A stretch of 64,000 bases of DNA from the human T2T-CHM13v2.0 reference genome, Homo sapiens: assembly GCF_009914755.1 (NCBI RefSeq), contig NC_060931.1. One strand, given 5' to 3'. Below, piece after piece: positions 37,941 to 54,312 of this stretch. The position numbers and the translations under genes were made by a program. Below the pieces are notes generated by a model that was not told the DNA's origin, searched no databases, and was given only the letters and a program-made list of their open reading frames with translations. How positions within the stretch are numbered: position 1 is the first letter of the stretch; every line of letters begins with the position of its first letter.

Positions 37941-40900
37941 AACGCCTAATACTTCTGAGATGTATCCTGACAGCCTTATTCTTAAATCTCCATTTTTCAG
38001 AGAAACAGTGCCCAGGATTAGCATGGAAATAAATAACAACTATGACCACATAATAGCTTTGCAGGTCAGGAACTACAGGGGATGGATAGGTGAACAGGGG
38101 TAGGAAAGGGTGAATGGAGATCCTCAATACTGAGCCAGATGAGTAGGAACAGAGGGCTGCCCTTTCTCTATAATCTGGCTCCCTGGATTATCCTGCAGAA
38201 GACTGGGGAGGGCACCTTACAGCCTTGCTGATAACAAGCCCTACTCTGATGCAAATATGTCTATCAGATAGGTCTGCTTTGCAAGATAATTTTCTGGCAT
38301 TCAAGTGAGAGAGCTGTTCATCCCTTCTGAAGAAGGCACCAGTGACTCAGCTTTGAGCTTTTCTAATAGTAGTGACTAGTGCGTGCTGAGCCATATACTC
38401 TCTGTATCCCATGTGCCTGGCTGGGTGGCTCAAGGGGACAGCTGCCTAGCAGTAGAGTACAATCTTTGCTACAGGAACATGGCTTCTGCTTGTGACACTG
38501 GCAGGTGCAGGGATGGAAGCTCTCCCATAACCTTATTAGTTCCAAGCTGAGTTGCCATGGAGACTATTCCACACATGTATGCTCCAGGCTTCCTTACAAT
38601 GTTAATAAATGAAGGTGGAAAGTAGAGGGTGGAGAGAGACAGTGAAAGCCAAACAAGGATGTGGCTAAGCAGCAGATCTTGTTAGATAAAACACTGTACT
38701 TGAGAAGTGGAAATTTAAGGAAAGGAGGAGTTTGGTTTTTGCTTTTGTTTTTGTTGTAATTTTCCAGGTTTATACCCCTGGGAGGAAAACAGACACTGCC
38801 TAACTAATATAATCACAGGCAAATCTGAATGATCTCAGCAAGTTATAATGAGTTTCTTCATTACACTGAATACACTCTTGGGCCTCCTCGTCCCCGCATA
38901 ATACCCTAGAATTGCAAACTATTTAAAACCTGTGTTGACTGAAGAATTCTTTCTTTAAGTAAAACAAGTTTAGATGCCTAGAATGTAAAACAGATCAAAG
39001 AAGCAGAGCTTCTTTGGCTGAGGAATGGTGTTGGTCTGAGGAAAGACCAAGGAACTCTGGGGAATCTATGAGAAGTGCTCAAAAAATCCTGGCCTAAATA
39101 AAAATATAACTAGGAAAGTAAACCTATTGGTAAGAAATAATGAAAGGCCAGATTAAAATGATTGGCTATCTCTATTGTAGACTGTTAAGTCTATTGCTTG
39201 CTTTCATTAGCGCAAAAATGTAAATGTTAAATGTGTATTCTTCTATGCATATTTACTGTGAAATAATAATTGATTTTTAAAAATCAAGCACTGACAACGT
39301 TGTAGGTTCTGTGATAAGCATGTCTCATACAGTCTCTTGTTTAACCTTCATAGCAACACTTATAAGGTCACTGTGATGTTAATTCCCATTTTACTGATAA
39401 GGAAATGAGCAAAGTTAAGTAACTTATACAAGGTCACACAATTAGTAATTGGGGGAAAACCAAGACTGGATCTAAACACTCTAGGTTGGGTTTTGGTAAC
39501 ACTAATACCTCACAACTGAAAGATATTTTGTGTCCCCCCTTGAAAGGGGAATGCCCCCATCTTGGCTCAGGCACTTCTTGGGTTATAACCAGACAATGAC
39601 AAGCAGCTTCTAATTGTATCCCAAAGGGGGTTCTGACTGTTGTATATGGGAGAGACTGGAAAGGGGAGAAAGGAAAGGTAAGGGGAAGACTCAAAGCAGG
39701 GGTGATTTAACAGTGACACTGATGAAGGTTAAGCTTCAAGAGCCCTCAATTACATGTAAATTCTGGGAAGTCGAACAGTTTTCTGGGTGGGAGGGAGGCA
39801 AGGCTGTAGTCAGGAAGCTCTTCCCTGTAAGTATTGATGATAAATTACCTAAAAATGAAAAGGGACCAGAATCTTTAAGCTTCCAGTATTTGGTTATGAT
39901 TTTTTTTTCATTTGAAGTAAATATCCACCTTTGTATCTAATTTTGCATTCAAAAAAAAATTTTTTTTTTTACTTTAAGTTGAATCCCTACAATTGTATAA
40001 CCTTCAGGTCCCTCAAAACTTGGAGGATCCTCCCATCTTCACAATTTCATAGCTTAATTATTCAAGACTCTCCACAATTTAACCTAAATCTTTCTTCAAA
40101 TTTACCAGTTCAGTGGCTCTCGAATGATGGTTGGCATCAGAATCACCTCGGAATATTATAAAAATAAAAGGCCAAACCCTAGCCTACTTGAATAATCCAG
40201 GCCGGCTGTGTTTTTTACTAGCTCTTGAGGCCATTCTAATATTCACCGAAGCTTTAGAACCACCACTTCAGGTCAATGTTTTTCAACATGGGATTCAAGG
40301 TCCACTGATGGTCACGAGAATTTCCTGACTTCAGGGGGTCCTTAGGGTCCAATCCTTTCTTTAATTCTTATGCTCAAATCCACAGACTCATTTTTACATG
40401 GCAATAAAAACTAATTAGTAGTAATCCACTGAGTTATTCAGGGCTACTCATTGATGTCCATAAACAAAACTTTGTACATTTACTAGAGTTTATTGTGGAC
40501 ACTTTCTGCTGAGAAGTCTGGCTGCAGTGCACCATCTGGCAGTATTTCCAAGCCCTAGTGCAAATGCACAGGAGAAGATAATGGATATTCCTGCAATAAA
40601 TGAGGACACTTTGTTTTCAGTGCATTATCAATAATGTCTTGGGATGCTTACTGTCCTATGCACTCAGCATTCATTTTCATATACTTCTGTGTCTGACCTT
40701 TTATACATCAAGGGACTAGAAGGCTAAAAACTATTTCCCAGTTTCCCTTGGTTCTGGAAGTAAGTCAGGGTCTACGAGGGAGATGCACAGTGTAAAATCT
40801 GGGAGGTAGACACCAGCTCTCCTTCAGCAGCTGTGGTAAGCTAACGGCTTAACTCATCTTTGGCAGACAAGAATTTCTGCAACAGCCAGATTCTAGTCTC

Positions 40901-43003
40901 GTGTCTTTAAATTTGGAACAGCTGTGATATCGGCATAATTTTCTGCAGCTTCTTGGTTACAGAATCACAGCTGCAGTGCTGTGATTTGGAAGTCTGGGAG
41001 CAAATAGCCTCCTTTTCTTTCACTCTTCCAGCCCTTCCAAAGATTTTGTAAGCATGTAATTCCCTTTATTAAATACTTATCTACTTGAAATACCTAGGGC
41101 AGTTTCTGTTTCCTACTCTGAACTGTAACTGATGCTGTCCATGTTTTATTATGTTCTGCTTGTGTTTATATACTTGCAGAATAATCATTAATTATTCCTT
41201 ATTGTATCATTATTGTGCTGTATTGTATTGTTGTTTTCAACTCCAACATTTTGTTATCACCAAGTGTTTTTCCCACTGGAAAGTGACTATGAGTACATTA
41301 GTGGATGGTGACATCTTTAAATCTTTCCTACATGAGTTCTCATCAGAGAAGTTTGAGAACCACTACTCAAACTAAACTCCCATTTCAGCCAAAGTGTCCT
41401 ATTTGCTGCATTGGGAACAAATCACTGATCGCAGCTTGTATTTTCTCTTACATTGAATGTCATCCCTACTGTTCACCCATATGCAAATCCTTATCTCTTA
41501 AGAACTAGCTCTAGGCCTATCTCCTTTAACTCACAAAACTATATGCCCCATCTCCTCAGTTAAAGTATTTGAGGGCAGATATCATGCCCTACAATTCATT
41601 ATAGCACAATCTTTAACACACCACTTAATAACTGTCTGTTGAGGGCCATAATCAGTGTCTGAGAGCTAACATTTCCTCCTCTAATTGCTTTGGCTGTCAG
41701 CGACGTCTTTATTTAGAGTCCTGTTTTTAAGTTCACCACAAAATTGAAGGACACAATCAGAGTTCACAGAAAATATAAAGCAAGAGAGTAAAAGTAGGGA
41801 ACAAGCTTGTAATGATTTAAGAGTAAACTGAATAAAGGCATAACTGTCTTTGAATACAATAACAAACATTTATGAGTAAGAGTGACCGCTGTGAGGAAGT
41901 AAAAAGAGTCCTAGACTAAAGATTGAAAACTCTCTTTTCATTTGAGTCATTAAATGCTACCAGCGTCCATACACAGCGGGTGGGCATCCATCTGACTTGT
42001 ACTAGCAGGCATCCATTCTGATTGGTCAGTGTCCATGCTGTTCCCATTGTTAAGAATTTTAAATATCACTTCTCAGTACAACTAATTACATGCCTACATA
42101 ATGAAAATGTCTTGCTCTTAATTCTATTCCTTCCTAGTTTGTCTTCTTTCCTATCCCCCATCATAGTCGTTTAAACTCACTACTCCCTGCCAGACACTTC
42201 CCTCATCCCCAGCAACTAAGACAAAAGGGCATACTTCCATGTTCTTTTTACATTTCCCAAATTTGTTGATTCTACTTTTTTTTCCTCAGATGATGTTTCA
42301 ATGCCCTCTCTCCATCAATGATTTTGTCTCATCCCCAGTCATAAAAATGCTCAAGAGTTCAACCCCTAAACATTTTCCCTGGACTCTGCCTCCCCACTCA
42401 AGTGCTGTCCTTATTTGCCTTTCTTTTACTTTCCATCTTCTTGATAATCTATGCTCACTTACATCTCCATTTCTTCCCCTAATCATACTTCAGCCACCCT
42501 TAACTGTTTCCTACCATCACTACTTCACTAAGAATATTTTAAAATGTCAGAAATAGCCCATTCATTGCTAGATTCTATCATGTCTTCTCAGTCTCCTCCT
42601 TACCCAATCTCTCTATACCATCTGTCATTGCTGACCACCATCTTTGAAACAGTCTCCATCCTTGGCTTTCATCTCACTCCTAGCACCTGTCCTGTATCTT
42701 TCTGGCTACTTCCATTTTTGTTGGTTCTTTTCAAGTCAGCTGAAACCTAAGTACAGCAAGGGAGACAGGTGGTACAAAGGGTGCTTGCAAAGGAGGGTAG
42801 AGGGGTAGTGTTGAGGGGAGCCTGGAGAAGTTGGCTGGGACAGATGACACCACTTGGAGACCATATTTAGGCTCTCAGACTTTATCCAAGTGGGACTGTT
42901 GTTTAAAGGTTTGAAAAAACATGGCTTATAGTTGAGAATTAAATACATTCAGACATTTGGATGATGAAAACCTGAACTGAGCTAAATGTGAAAGTGTGCT
43001 CAC

Positions 43004-43201
43004 CACTTTCCCTGCCAAGGGGTCGTAGAACCGCTCCAGGAGCTGGACCACTGTGCTCTTCCCACAGCCACTGCTGCCCACCAGAGCCAGCGTCTGGCCC
43101 TTCTTCACCTCCAGGCTCAGTCCCTGAAGCACTGGGATGTCCGGTCGGGTGGGATAGTTGAATACAACTTCACCAAATGTGACATTTCCTTCCAATGTGT
43201 T
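43004..43201 (-). CDS. ABCB1: ABCB1 exon (198 nt, c.3085-3282), NBD2 Walker A GSSGCGKS
   Basis: ttgcag|AACACATTG...AAAGTG|gtgag; [66 protein letters not shown]. Confidence 0.97.
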
Positions 43202-43334
43202 CTGCAATGAGAAGAATAACAGTAAATTTGAATGCTGCAATACTGAAAATAAAGTGTATAGCTAACTCTCTCGATTACCAGGTGTCAGAAGATAATTAAT
43301 TTGTGTTACAATTGGCTTCACTTCAAACTGCTAG

Positions 43335-43669
<335 letters not shown>

Positions 43670-43820
43670 TCAGACTGCTAGAATTTAATAAATGAGATCT
43701 AAAAGAGTAAAAGCTTTCATAGCATGTATTGTTAAGACAATATGAATATGCAATACAGCTACAATAACTCAAATCTGTTCCTCAGGAATACAGTAACTTA
43801 CATACAATAAAATCTGATAA

Positions 43821-44030
<210 letters not shown>

Positions 44031-44281
44031 GTTTTTAAAAAATCTGATTAATAGGTTTTGCTTATAAAGTGAGCAGTATTCCTATTTCCCTATAACCTTT
44101 GCTACGTAAAAGTACTGAATGTTGATGTATATTATTAGCAGTAATTGAAAGGAATCTATGATCTAGGAAGTTTTATTTTATCATCAGCATATTTGAAAGT
44201 ACAAATTTTATTAAGTTTCCACTTAAAATACTTTCATTCAGGAGTCAGGAGTAGATCAAACAGTTGAAACATCAAACTCAC

Positions 44282-44438
44282 CGGCATTAGGCCTTCCGTG
44301 CTGTAGCTGTCAATCAAAGGGGTTTTTTCAATGATCATGATGATGTGGGCTGCTGATATTTTGGCTTTGGCATAGTCAGGAGCAAATGAACTGACTTGCC
44401 CCACGGCCATGGCACCAAAGACAACAGCTGAAAATACT
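44282..44438 (-). CDS. ABCB1: ABCB1 exon (157 nt, c.2928-3084), TM12
   Basis: tttccag|AGTATTTTCA...ATGCCG|gtgag; [52 protein letters not shown]. Confidence 0.97.
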
Positions 44439-44504
44439 CTGGAAAGCACAAACACAAAACATGTGCACAGCATTACCATCACAATGCTAGAAAGCTGACA
44501 CTCC

Positions 44505-44809
44505 TTTTTTTTTTTTTTTTTTTTTTTGAGGTGGGGTCTTCCTGTGTTGCCCAGGCTGGAGTGCAGTAGTGCAATCAGAGCTCACTAAAGATATGATCTC
44601 CAGGGCTTAAGCGATCTTCCCACCTCAGCCTCTGTAGTAGCTGGGACTACAACTGTGCATGACCACACCAGCTAATTGTTTTATTTTTTGTAGAAATGGG
44701 GGTCTCCCTATATTGCCCAGGCTGGTCTCGAACTACCGGGCTGAAGTGAACCTCCTGCTTCAGCCTCCAAAAGTGCCGGGATTATAGGTGTGAGCCACCA
44801 TGCCTGGCC
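44505..44809 (-). mobile_element. Full-length AluJ-like
   Basis: Long poly(T), Alu body; TSD aaagctgacactcct / aaagttgacacttct. Confidence 0.93.
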
Positions 44810-44907
44810 AAAAGTTGACACTTCTATAACCAGAGAGCTTTGCCTCTAATAGTTATAAAACAGATGTTAAAAATAAAACAAACACATTTCCTTATAAGTT
44901 CATGTCT

Positions 44908-45420
44908 ATGTGATAGATTGATTGCAAAATGGCCCATTTTTTTCCCTCTGTATACCTCTCTCTGTATCCTCATCTTCTTGCACTGTGACCTTTGCAGCAC
45001 CCTTTGAATCTGGGCTGGCCTTGTGACTTGCTTTGGCCAACAGGATATGGTGGAAATCACTTTTGCCAGTTCCAAGCCTATGACTCAGGGGGCCTTATAT
45101 GCTTTGTGAGCATGCATGCATGTGTTCTCTCTCTCTTTCTCTCTCTCTCTCTCAGAATTCTGCCACTGTCTCAAACCCAGGATAGCCTGCTGGAGGATGA
45201 GGCACACATGGAGGAGAGCTGTCTGAATCCCAACCAACCAGCTACAGACACAATCCACTACAGACACATGAGTAAGTCCAGCCGAGATCCACTATGCCTA
45301 ATCCAGATCAGTAGAACTTCACAGCTAACCCATAGGTTTGTGGGCAAAAATATGTATGTCTCTGAGGTTTAGTGGCTGGTTGTTACACAGCATTATTGTG
45401 GTAATCAACAACGGATACAG
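44908..45420 (+). mobile_element. MLT1-type MaLR LTR
   Basis: tgtgatagattgattgcaaaatggccc...tgaatctgggctggccttgtgacttgctttggccaacagg...gttacacagcattattgtgg. Confidence 0.8.
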
Positions 45421-47098
45421 TCAGTGATGTTGGAATTACATCAGATTCTTAAAAACCTATGAATTGTGCAACCAAAAGAAAGTTTCTTACAGAGCCAGAT
45501 ATCATGTTGCTCTTAAGATGCATTGACGTTCTTATCTATGACATGGGAATCACAGCAACTTAAAGTTGGGAAGGACCTTACAGGTATCAAGTCCAGCTCT
45601 CCATGTTCGTGCCTGGACACCTCCCCTAAATTGGCTTCCATCCTCTGTTTTAGGAAGTAGCATGTTTGATTGTCTATTGTTAAACAGTTCTTTTTCAAAC
45701 TGAAGAAAAAATTTACTTCCTTTTACATAAGACAGGCCTACAAGTCTTGAAATATTGCTAAAAACTCCTTTGCTTCTTTGATAACTCCTTTCACTGCCCT
45801 TCTCTAGACACATTTATTAATATGCTTTTTTTAAACACAAGCCTGGAACAGACATAATACTTGGGAACCCGCCCAGAATACAGGGAATTCATCGCTTTCT
45901 TTCCTCTGGACTCTATGCCTATGTTTGTGTAGCATATTGTGTCATTAGTTTTTGTTTGTTTGTTTGTTTAACTAGCACTAAATAAAATACCGATAGTTAA
46001 TCTTGGACTTGTGATCATTTAAACCTATGGGACCTTTTTCTAATGCACTGTTCTTCAGACAGGTCTTCCTTTTCCTTAACTTGGAAGGTTGATTTTGCAA
46101 ACCTAAATGCCCCAATGTCAGCAACTTTCATCAATTCAATTTTTTGGAGTAAAGCAATATATCAAATAATTATCTAATCAAAGCCCCAATGCCAGTGATA
46201 CTTGGTTTTGATCTCTAGGCCATAATCACAAATAGCACCTGCATATCATTTGTCCAATGTACATCTTTAATGGAAATTTAGATGTCTTTTTGGGGGTCAT
46301 CCTGAGCAAACTGTAATGCATGAACAACTCAATGTTTAAAAAGGACAGAAATACTATACTAACACATTATACTGCCAGGCTTATATGATTCTGGTTTAAA
46401 TATAAAATTATATCGCTACTAATTATGTTATGCTATCAAGAGGCAGAATCTTACCCACCTCCAAATCTAGAAGCTCAGAAAGATTACACATACTTTTGAC
46501 CACCAAATTGCATATTTGGGTACTTTTGTAGTATAATTGCTTCAGGCTTATCTTCCTCTGACCGAGGTACAATTATCTACATTCAGAACAATGTAGCAGA
46601 AAAATCCCAATATAACTTTTCCTTTGTCATTTCTGAATTCATTTGGCTCTTACCTTCCAATTCCTCTCTTATCAAGGGAAAGTAAACATATCCTGGAATT
46701 GCCAAAGGCTTGCAGAACTTAGTACAACACATCTGTATTTTACTTGCTCTGTAAGAAAGTCCTTTAAAAGGAGCCAGTCAGACTCCTTGCTCAGGGCTAG
46801 GCTTCTTCCCAAATGCCAAGGCCTTCTCAAAATCTCCGAATGGAATCACTCCACTCAGTCACAGATTTGAAAAGGTCAACTATGTGTGAGCCAGCAATGA
46901 GGAAAGAAGTTACTGCTCCTCCAAATGAAAGGGGGTGCTTCAATGGTGGCACATGAAGACTCAGAGGCAGAAATGCCGATTTAGGAATCACCAGAATCTC
47001 TTCATGAGGCTTCACAGTAGGGTTTCCTATCTAGACATGAAGCATGTTCATCCCAGCTTTATTTTTAGAGCTTAACTAAATAATAGCCCAATACTTAC

Positions 47099-47239
47099 AA
47101 CAGAACATCCTCAAAGCTCATGAGTTTATGTGCCACCAAGTAGGCTCCAAACCGGAAACATCCAGCATAGGAAAAATACATCATTGCCTGGGTGAAGGAA
47201 AATGTAATTCCAAAGATGTGTGCTTTCCTCAAAGAGTTT
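47099..47239 (-). CDS. ABCB1: ABCB1 exon (141 nt, c.2787-2927), TM11
   Basis: ttttcag|AAACTCTTTG...TTCTGTT|gtaag; [46 protein letters not shown]. Confidence 0.97.
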
Positions 47240-48548
47240 CTGAAAAGAAGACATTTGAAAACTCATTCCACTTTCATTTCTCAGTCCTTAAAATGTAACT
47301 TTTGATAGGTTGGCAGTAGGGCACAGAGGCATGACCAACAAAAATGGGTTTCGTTTCCAAAGAACTAAGTTTGGTCCTCACTTTACACTTAACAGTTGTG
47401 CAAATTTGGGAAACTGCCTAACCTCTGAGACTCAGTGTCTTTATCTTTAATGTAGAATTAACTACACCTCAAAGTGTTGATGTAAAGAGAAAATAATCCA
47501 ATGACTGTAAAGAGCCGGTTAGGGATCAATAAGTAAAAGTTATCTCCCTTTCTCCCCACTTTTGGACACACAGTATGGAAGTACTCTACGTAAATATTCA
47601 TTCTGCACACAGTTACCCAACACCTACAAGGTGCAGGGGCCATGATGGGTTGACATAGAGGAAACAGGCATGTTCTTGACTTAGGAGACCTGACTTGAGT
47701 TGAATTACTATTTATGCATTAGAGGTGCCTTATGAATAATCTGTTATAGGAAGAAAGGAGAAGCACTAAATTCTTCGGGGGTCTCAGAGAAGGCTTTAAA
47801 AAGGGGTTGACATTCTAGAATCATGATATGGATCCAGCTCAGTGATATGGAGGTGTGGGTGGGGGCAGGTTAGCAAGTGGGCAGCCCTGGGCTTCCAACC
47901 CCTCCTGCTACCAGATCAACTCTGCTTTTACCTTCATCACATATGAAGATTTCAAATAATTTTTTTTTAGACAAAAAGGCTCTACCATCATTTTTTTTAA
48001 ATAAAAGCTTAAAAATCCATCAATAAAGTCCAGCTTTCCTTTTATTATAAGAAACAGACTCAGAAAGGTTGGGCTTGCTTATGTTCACACCACTTATTAG
48101 AGCCCTCACTGGGATGACTGTATTAAAGGAAGAAGGTCTGCACTGGAGAAGGGGTAAAAAGCAGAAAGACAGGTAAACCCAGGAAGCACCATCCTCTCTG
48201 TGTCCCACAGGTACCTCAAATTTCAGGTTCCATAAATAACTCATTTTCAACTAGAGCAAATTATAGGGTCATATCCTACCTGGACATCAGATAGTCATTC
48301 TCAGCATCATGTCTCCCTCCCTTCTCATCAGTGACCCATTCTTACAGGTTCTACCTCAGAGATGTCCCTGCCTTAGTTCAGGGTCTTGTACTTTCTCTCC
48401 TGCATAATTACAACTGTTTCTCAATGGTTTACCTTCGAGCACTTTCTCCACTTGCTCCCTACCTTCTAGCCAAAGTAATCCCTCTGAAAACAAATATGAT
48501 GATTGAAAAATTATTCACACTCTCCTCCCACTCTTCAGCGGTTATTAC

Positions 48549-48649
48549 CTGTATGGTACCTGCAAACTCTGAGCATACATATGTTCAAACTTCTGCTCCT
48601 GAGTCAAAGAAACAACGGTTCGGAAGTTTTCTATTGCTTCAGTAGCGAT
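48549..48649 (-). CDS. ABCB1: ABCB1 exon (101 nt, c.2686-2786)
   Basis: ttacag|ATCGCTACT...CCATACAG|gtaat; [33 protein letters not shown]. Confidence 0.97.
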
Positions 48650-49128
48650 CTGTAACAGACAGCACCGATCACCAAGAGGCACAAGAGTAAATAGTGGTGA
48701 TTAATTTGAATTCTATAAAACAGACTAATGAAAATAATTTTATGATTACATATTTATTATTATGTATGAGCATTTTCTCTGTAGAAAAAGATACTAAGTA
48801 ATTTATCAAACTGAGTTATGGATCTGGAAGGAAGATTGACTAATTCAAACTTCTCCTTTGCAGAAATAGAAGCTAAGACTTAAATGGATTATGGCATTGC
48901 TTAAAGCCACACAGCTTTACGTGGCTTCGCAAAATTAACCAGAGAACTCACAGTACTTCTATTGCAGTGCTCTTTCTTCTATGATGATCACATTTTAAGT
49001 TCACAGTTATTTTACACTTATTTTTAAAATGTGATGTTTATATTTTTCTCTTTATCATTGCCATTTGTGACAATTGAAGAATGTTTGGAAAATAGTGAAA
49101 GAATGCAGGCAATAAAAAGTAAATTTTA

Positions 49129-50533
<1,405 letters not shown>

Positions 50534-50880
50534 AAAAAGTATATTTTACACATTTCCATATTGTTTTTTTCCTAAGTGCATAAATATATTTAAAAAGATT
50601 GGAATGAAACTCTATATTTAGCTCTATATCATTATTTTTACCTTCATATCAAAAGCATTTTCCAAGTTCATTAAATACACATTAATAATGAGATGTGTAA
50701 TGAGTCCTTTAATATCATAACCAATTAAGTATTCCTTTATTGTTGAGCCAGGTTTTCAATTCCTTTTTTATTAAAAATAGTGGTGAGATAAACATCTTTG
50801 TACCTAAACATTTGTCCATATTGAATTGGTTTATTAGGAAAATTTCTTAAGGTGAAATTAATAAGTCAAAGAAAACTAAC

Positions 50881-51050
50881 TTTTTTTTTTAGAAACGGGG
50901 TCTTGCTCTGTTGCCCAGGCTGCAGTGCAGTGGCAATTCACAGGTGTGATCATCATAGCTCACTGCAGCCTCACACACCTGGGTAAGCAATCCTCCTGCC
51001 TCAGTCTGCCAAGTAGCTAAGACTACAAGCACATGGCACTACACCTGGCT
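50881..51050 (-). mobile_element. Alu monomer/AluJ fragment
   Basis: poly(T) then agaaacggggtcttgctctgttgcccaggctg...ctacacctggct. Confidence 0.85.
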
Positions 51051-51118
51051 TGAATTAATTTTTTTAATTTTTTAAGGAATGTGGCACATACTATCAATCT
51101 GTTTTCCAGAAAGTTTTG

Positions 51119-51399
51119 GGCTGGGTATGGTGGCTCATGCCTGTAATCCCAGCAGTTTGGGAGATGGAGGCAGGTGGATCATTTGAAGTAAGGAGTTTGA
51201 GACCAGCCACCATCAACATGGTGAAACCCCATCTCTACTAAAAATACAAAAATTAGCTGGGCATGGTGGCACATGCCTTAATCCCATGCTACTGGGAGGC
51301 AGAGGAAGCGCTCGAACTGGCGAGACAGAGATTGCAGTGAGTCAAGATGGCGTCACTGCACTCTAGCCTGGGCAACAGAGTGAGACTCCATCTTAAAAA
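51119..51399 (+). mobile_element. AluS-like
   Basis: ggctgggtatggtggctcatgcctgtaatcccagc...gagactccatctt. Confidence 0.92.
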
Positions 51400-52225
51400 G
51401 AAAGTTTCCATCATTCAATTATGTTGTAATCAAATGTTACTTCCAACAAGGCAATCTGATTAGGAAACATACATCCTTCATCACCTCTGGAGTCTGAGTA
51501 AAGGGATATGGAAAAAGCAAAGAACACCAGTGTACAAGATGAGATTTCAGCCTACATCAGCCGCACCACCTTGAACCAACATGCTGTCTCATTTTCCTCA
51601 TTTGCAAAATGAGGACGATGGACTAGAGGGTCTCTAAAGTCCCTTTTAATGCTATGATTTTAAGAGAAATAACTTCCAGAATTATAAGTCACCAAGAGAA
51701 ATGACTCTTTATTGTTTAAGATGTTCTTCCTCTCTTTGGCCTCTGCACTGGTCAGAACAGATTCTAATAAAGACACATTTAATTTAGAGTGTTTTATAGC
51801 TTAAAATCATAAACATGGAATTCCACTTATTCTTCACTGAATCTTACATAAATTACCTAACTTCAAACATAACAGCAAGCATTTCATAAGACATTAAGTC
51901 AGTTTTGAAGACTAATATCAAAATCTATCAGAAGTAAAAAAAAAAATTAGTAACATTCTTAGAAACAAAAACTTATTTAAAAATAAAATTTAAAATATTA
52001 TTCTTACACTGACAGGCCAAGAAGATTGAATTATGTTTACCACAAGATACTTAGAAAATTAGGAAAATGGCAGGTTTATTTTAAAATATTGTATAAACTT
52101 CTTTTACACATTATAAAAATGATATATAGTCACTTTAGAAAATCGTAAAAGTGCAGAAAGCAAAAGGTGAGGAGAAAAAATTCACCTTCAAATTCCCAAA
52201 GACAATCCTTTTGTCAGACACATTA

Positions 52226-52530
52226 GAACCATCATTCTCAGCAAACTATCGCAAGGACAAAAAACCAAACACCGTATGTTCTCACTCATAGGTGGGAACT
52301 GAACAATGAGAACACATGGACACAGGAACGGAACATCACACACTGGGGCCTGTTGTGGGGTAGAGGGAAGGGGGGAGGGATAGCATTAGGAGATATACCT
52401 AATGTTAAATGACGAGTTGGTGGGTACAGCACACCAACATGGCACATGTATACATATGTAACTAACCTGCACGTTGTGTACATGTATCCTAAAACTTAAA
52501 GTATAATAAAAATAAAAAAATAAAATAAAA
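52226..52530 (+). mobile_element. Young-type L1PA 3' fragment
   Basis: accatcattctcagcaaactatcgcaaggacaaaaaacc...cctaaaacttaaagtataataaa. Confidence 0.92.
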
Positions 52531-54169
52531 GCTGAAGTTTCACAAGCAAAAAAAAAAAGAAATATTTCTAATTATCAGAATTCTAACAAACAGGTTTTCT
52601 AGATTAGTAAGAAAATTCAACAGACTATAACAATGTCTGCTGAAAAACAGATTTTACTGTATATTTCAGTGTAATGGTTTTAAGAAATATTTTCTGTGCA
52701 CCATGTTCTAAGGCAGGAGTGTCTGGTCTGAGATTGGTTTGTAAATGTCATTGCTTTTTAGTGTGTATATAGCCGAATAAAAGTGGGAGTTTGAGTCACA
52801 GACCTAAAAGTGGTGAGTAAAACAGTATAATAACTTCAGGACTGTCTTCATCTTGACGCACAATGAAGCAATTAGGAAAAGGCTTAATTAGCACCCCGCA
52901 TCCTCACAGCTTTGTTTATTCCAAGAGTTTTAAATGGAGACTCAGTAATCACCATCAGGAGAGAGAATTTCTAATCCAAGAACAAATAGCATCGAGTTTC
53001 CCTCGGAAACTGTTGTGTACTAAATAATTTTGAAGAAATAAAAATGTATGTTTCTAGAAAGAAAAAATAGCCTCCTGACATTACTCTTCCTACCCTCAAA
53101 TAAACAAGTTTATGGCTTTTATTTCTGAAAAGTAAAAAAGCATCTACAATGGAGCCTTGGACAACATGGGGGTTAGGGAGACTGACCCCTCGTGCAGTTG
53201 AAAATTCACATATAACTTCTGACTCCCCAGAAACTTAACTACTAATAGCCTGCTGTCAACCAGAAGTCTTACCAATAACATAAACAGTCAATTAACATGT
53301 ATTTTGTATGTTATATGTAATACATATTTGTATTTTTATAATAAAGTAAGCTAGAGGGAAGAAAATGTTATTAAGAAAATCACAAGGAAGAGAAAATATA
53401 TTTACTATTCATTAAGCGGAAGTGGATCATTTAAAGGTCTTTATCTTCATCATCTTTATATTGAATAGGCTAAGGAAAAGGAGGAAGAAGAGGGATTGGT
53501 CTTGCTGTCTCAGGGGTGGCAGAGGGGAAGAGGCAGAGGAAGTGGAAGGGGAGGCGGGAAAGGCAGGCACACCTGGTGTGACTGACATGCATTGTGGTCT
53601 CTGTCTGACTTTTTCCTTTTTTATTTCTCTAAAAATGTTTCAATATGGTACCAATCCTTCCTCCACTGTTTGCTTCAGTTTCAGTGCCTGTATCACAGAA
53701 GGGTCCATGTCATAAAAGAAGTTAAAAGCAGTCCTGAATAACCGAAACTCTTTTGCCAGATTGCGTAAAGTTAGTTTTCTGGCACTGCTTCTCCTATATC
53801 TTCTTCCGCATTGTTTGGCAGTGGTTTGGAAACACTCATCTTTATCAAGTCATCTTCTGTTAATTCCTCTGGTGTGATGTTTATTTGCTCTTGAGGTTCT
53901 CCAAAATCTATACCTTGAAAGCCTTCACCCACCACCTTTTTTTTTTTTTCATATCTCCTATTTCTTTTTGTGGTTTCCTTGATTGGCTCTGTCATAAATC
54001 CTGTGAAATCATGTACATCTGGACACAGTTTTCTCCAGCAGAAATTTATCATTTTAGGATTACAGACTTGCATGATGTTCTTCTCTCTGGTGGCTCTCTA
54101 CCATAGCATTAACAATCCTTTCTGTAGAGTACCATGTGCTTTGTGATGAGCCTTAAAAATCCTTATGAG

Positions 54170-54312
54170 TGGCGAGGCACAGTGGCTCCCACCTGTAATC
54201 CTAGCACTTTGGGAGACTAAGGCAGGAGGATCGCTTGAGCTCAGGAGTTCGAGACCAGCCCAGGCAACACAGTGAGACCTCATGTCTACAAAAAATTTAT
54301 TAAAAAAAAAAA
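54170..54312 (+). mobile_element. FLAM/Alu left monomer inserted in Tigger2
   Basis: ggcgaggcacagtggctcccacctgtaatcc...tctacaaaaaa...(A)n. Confidence 0.88.
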
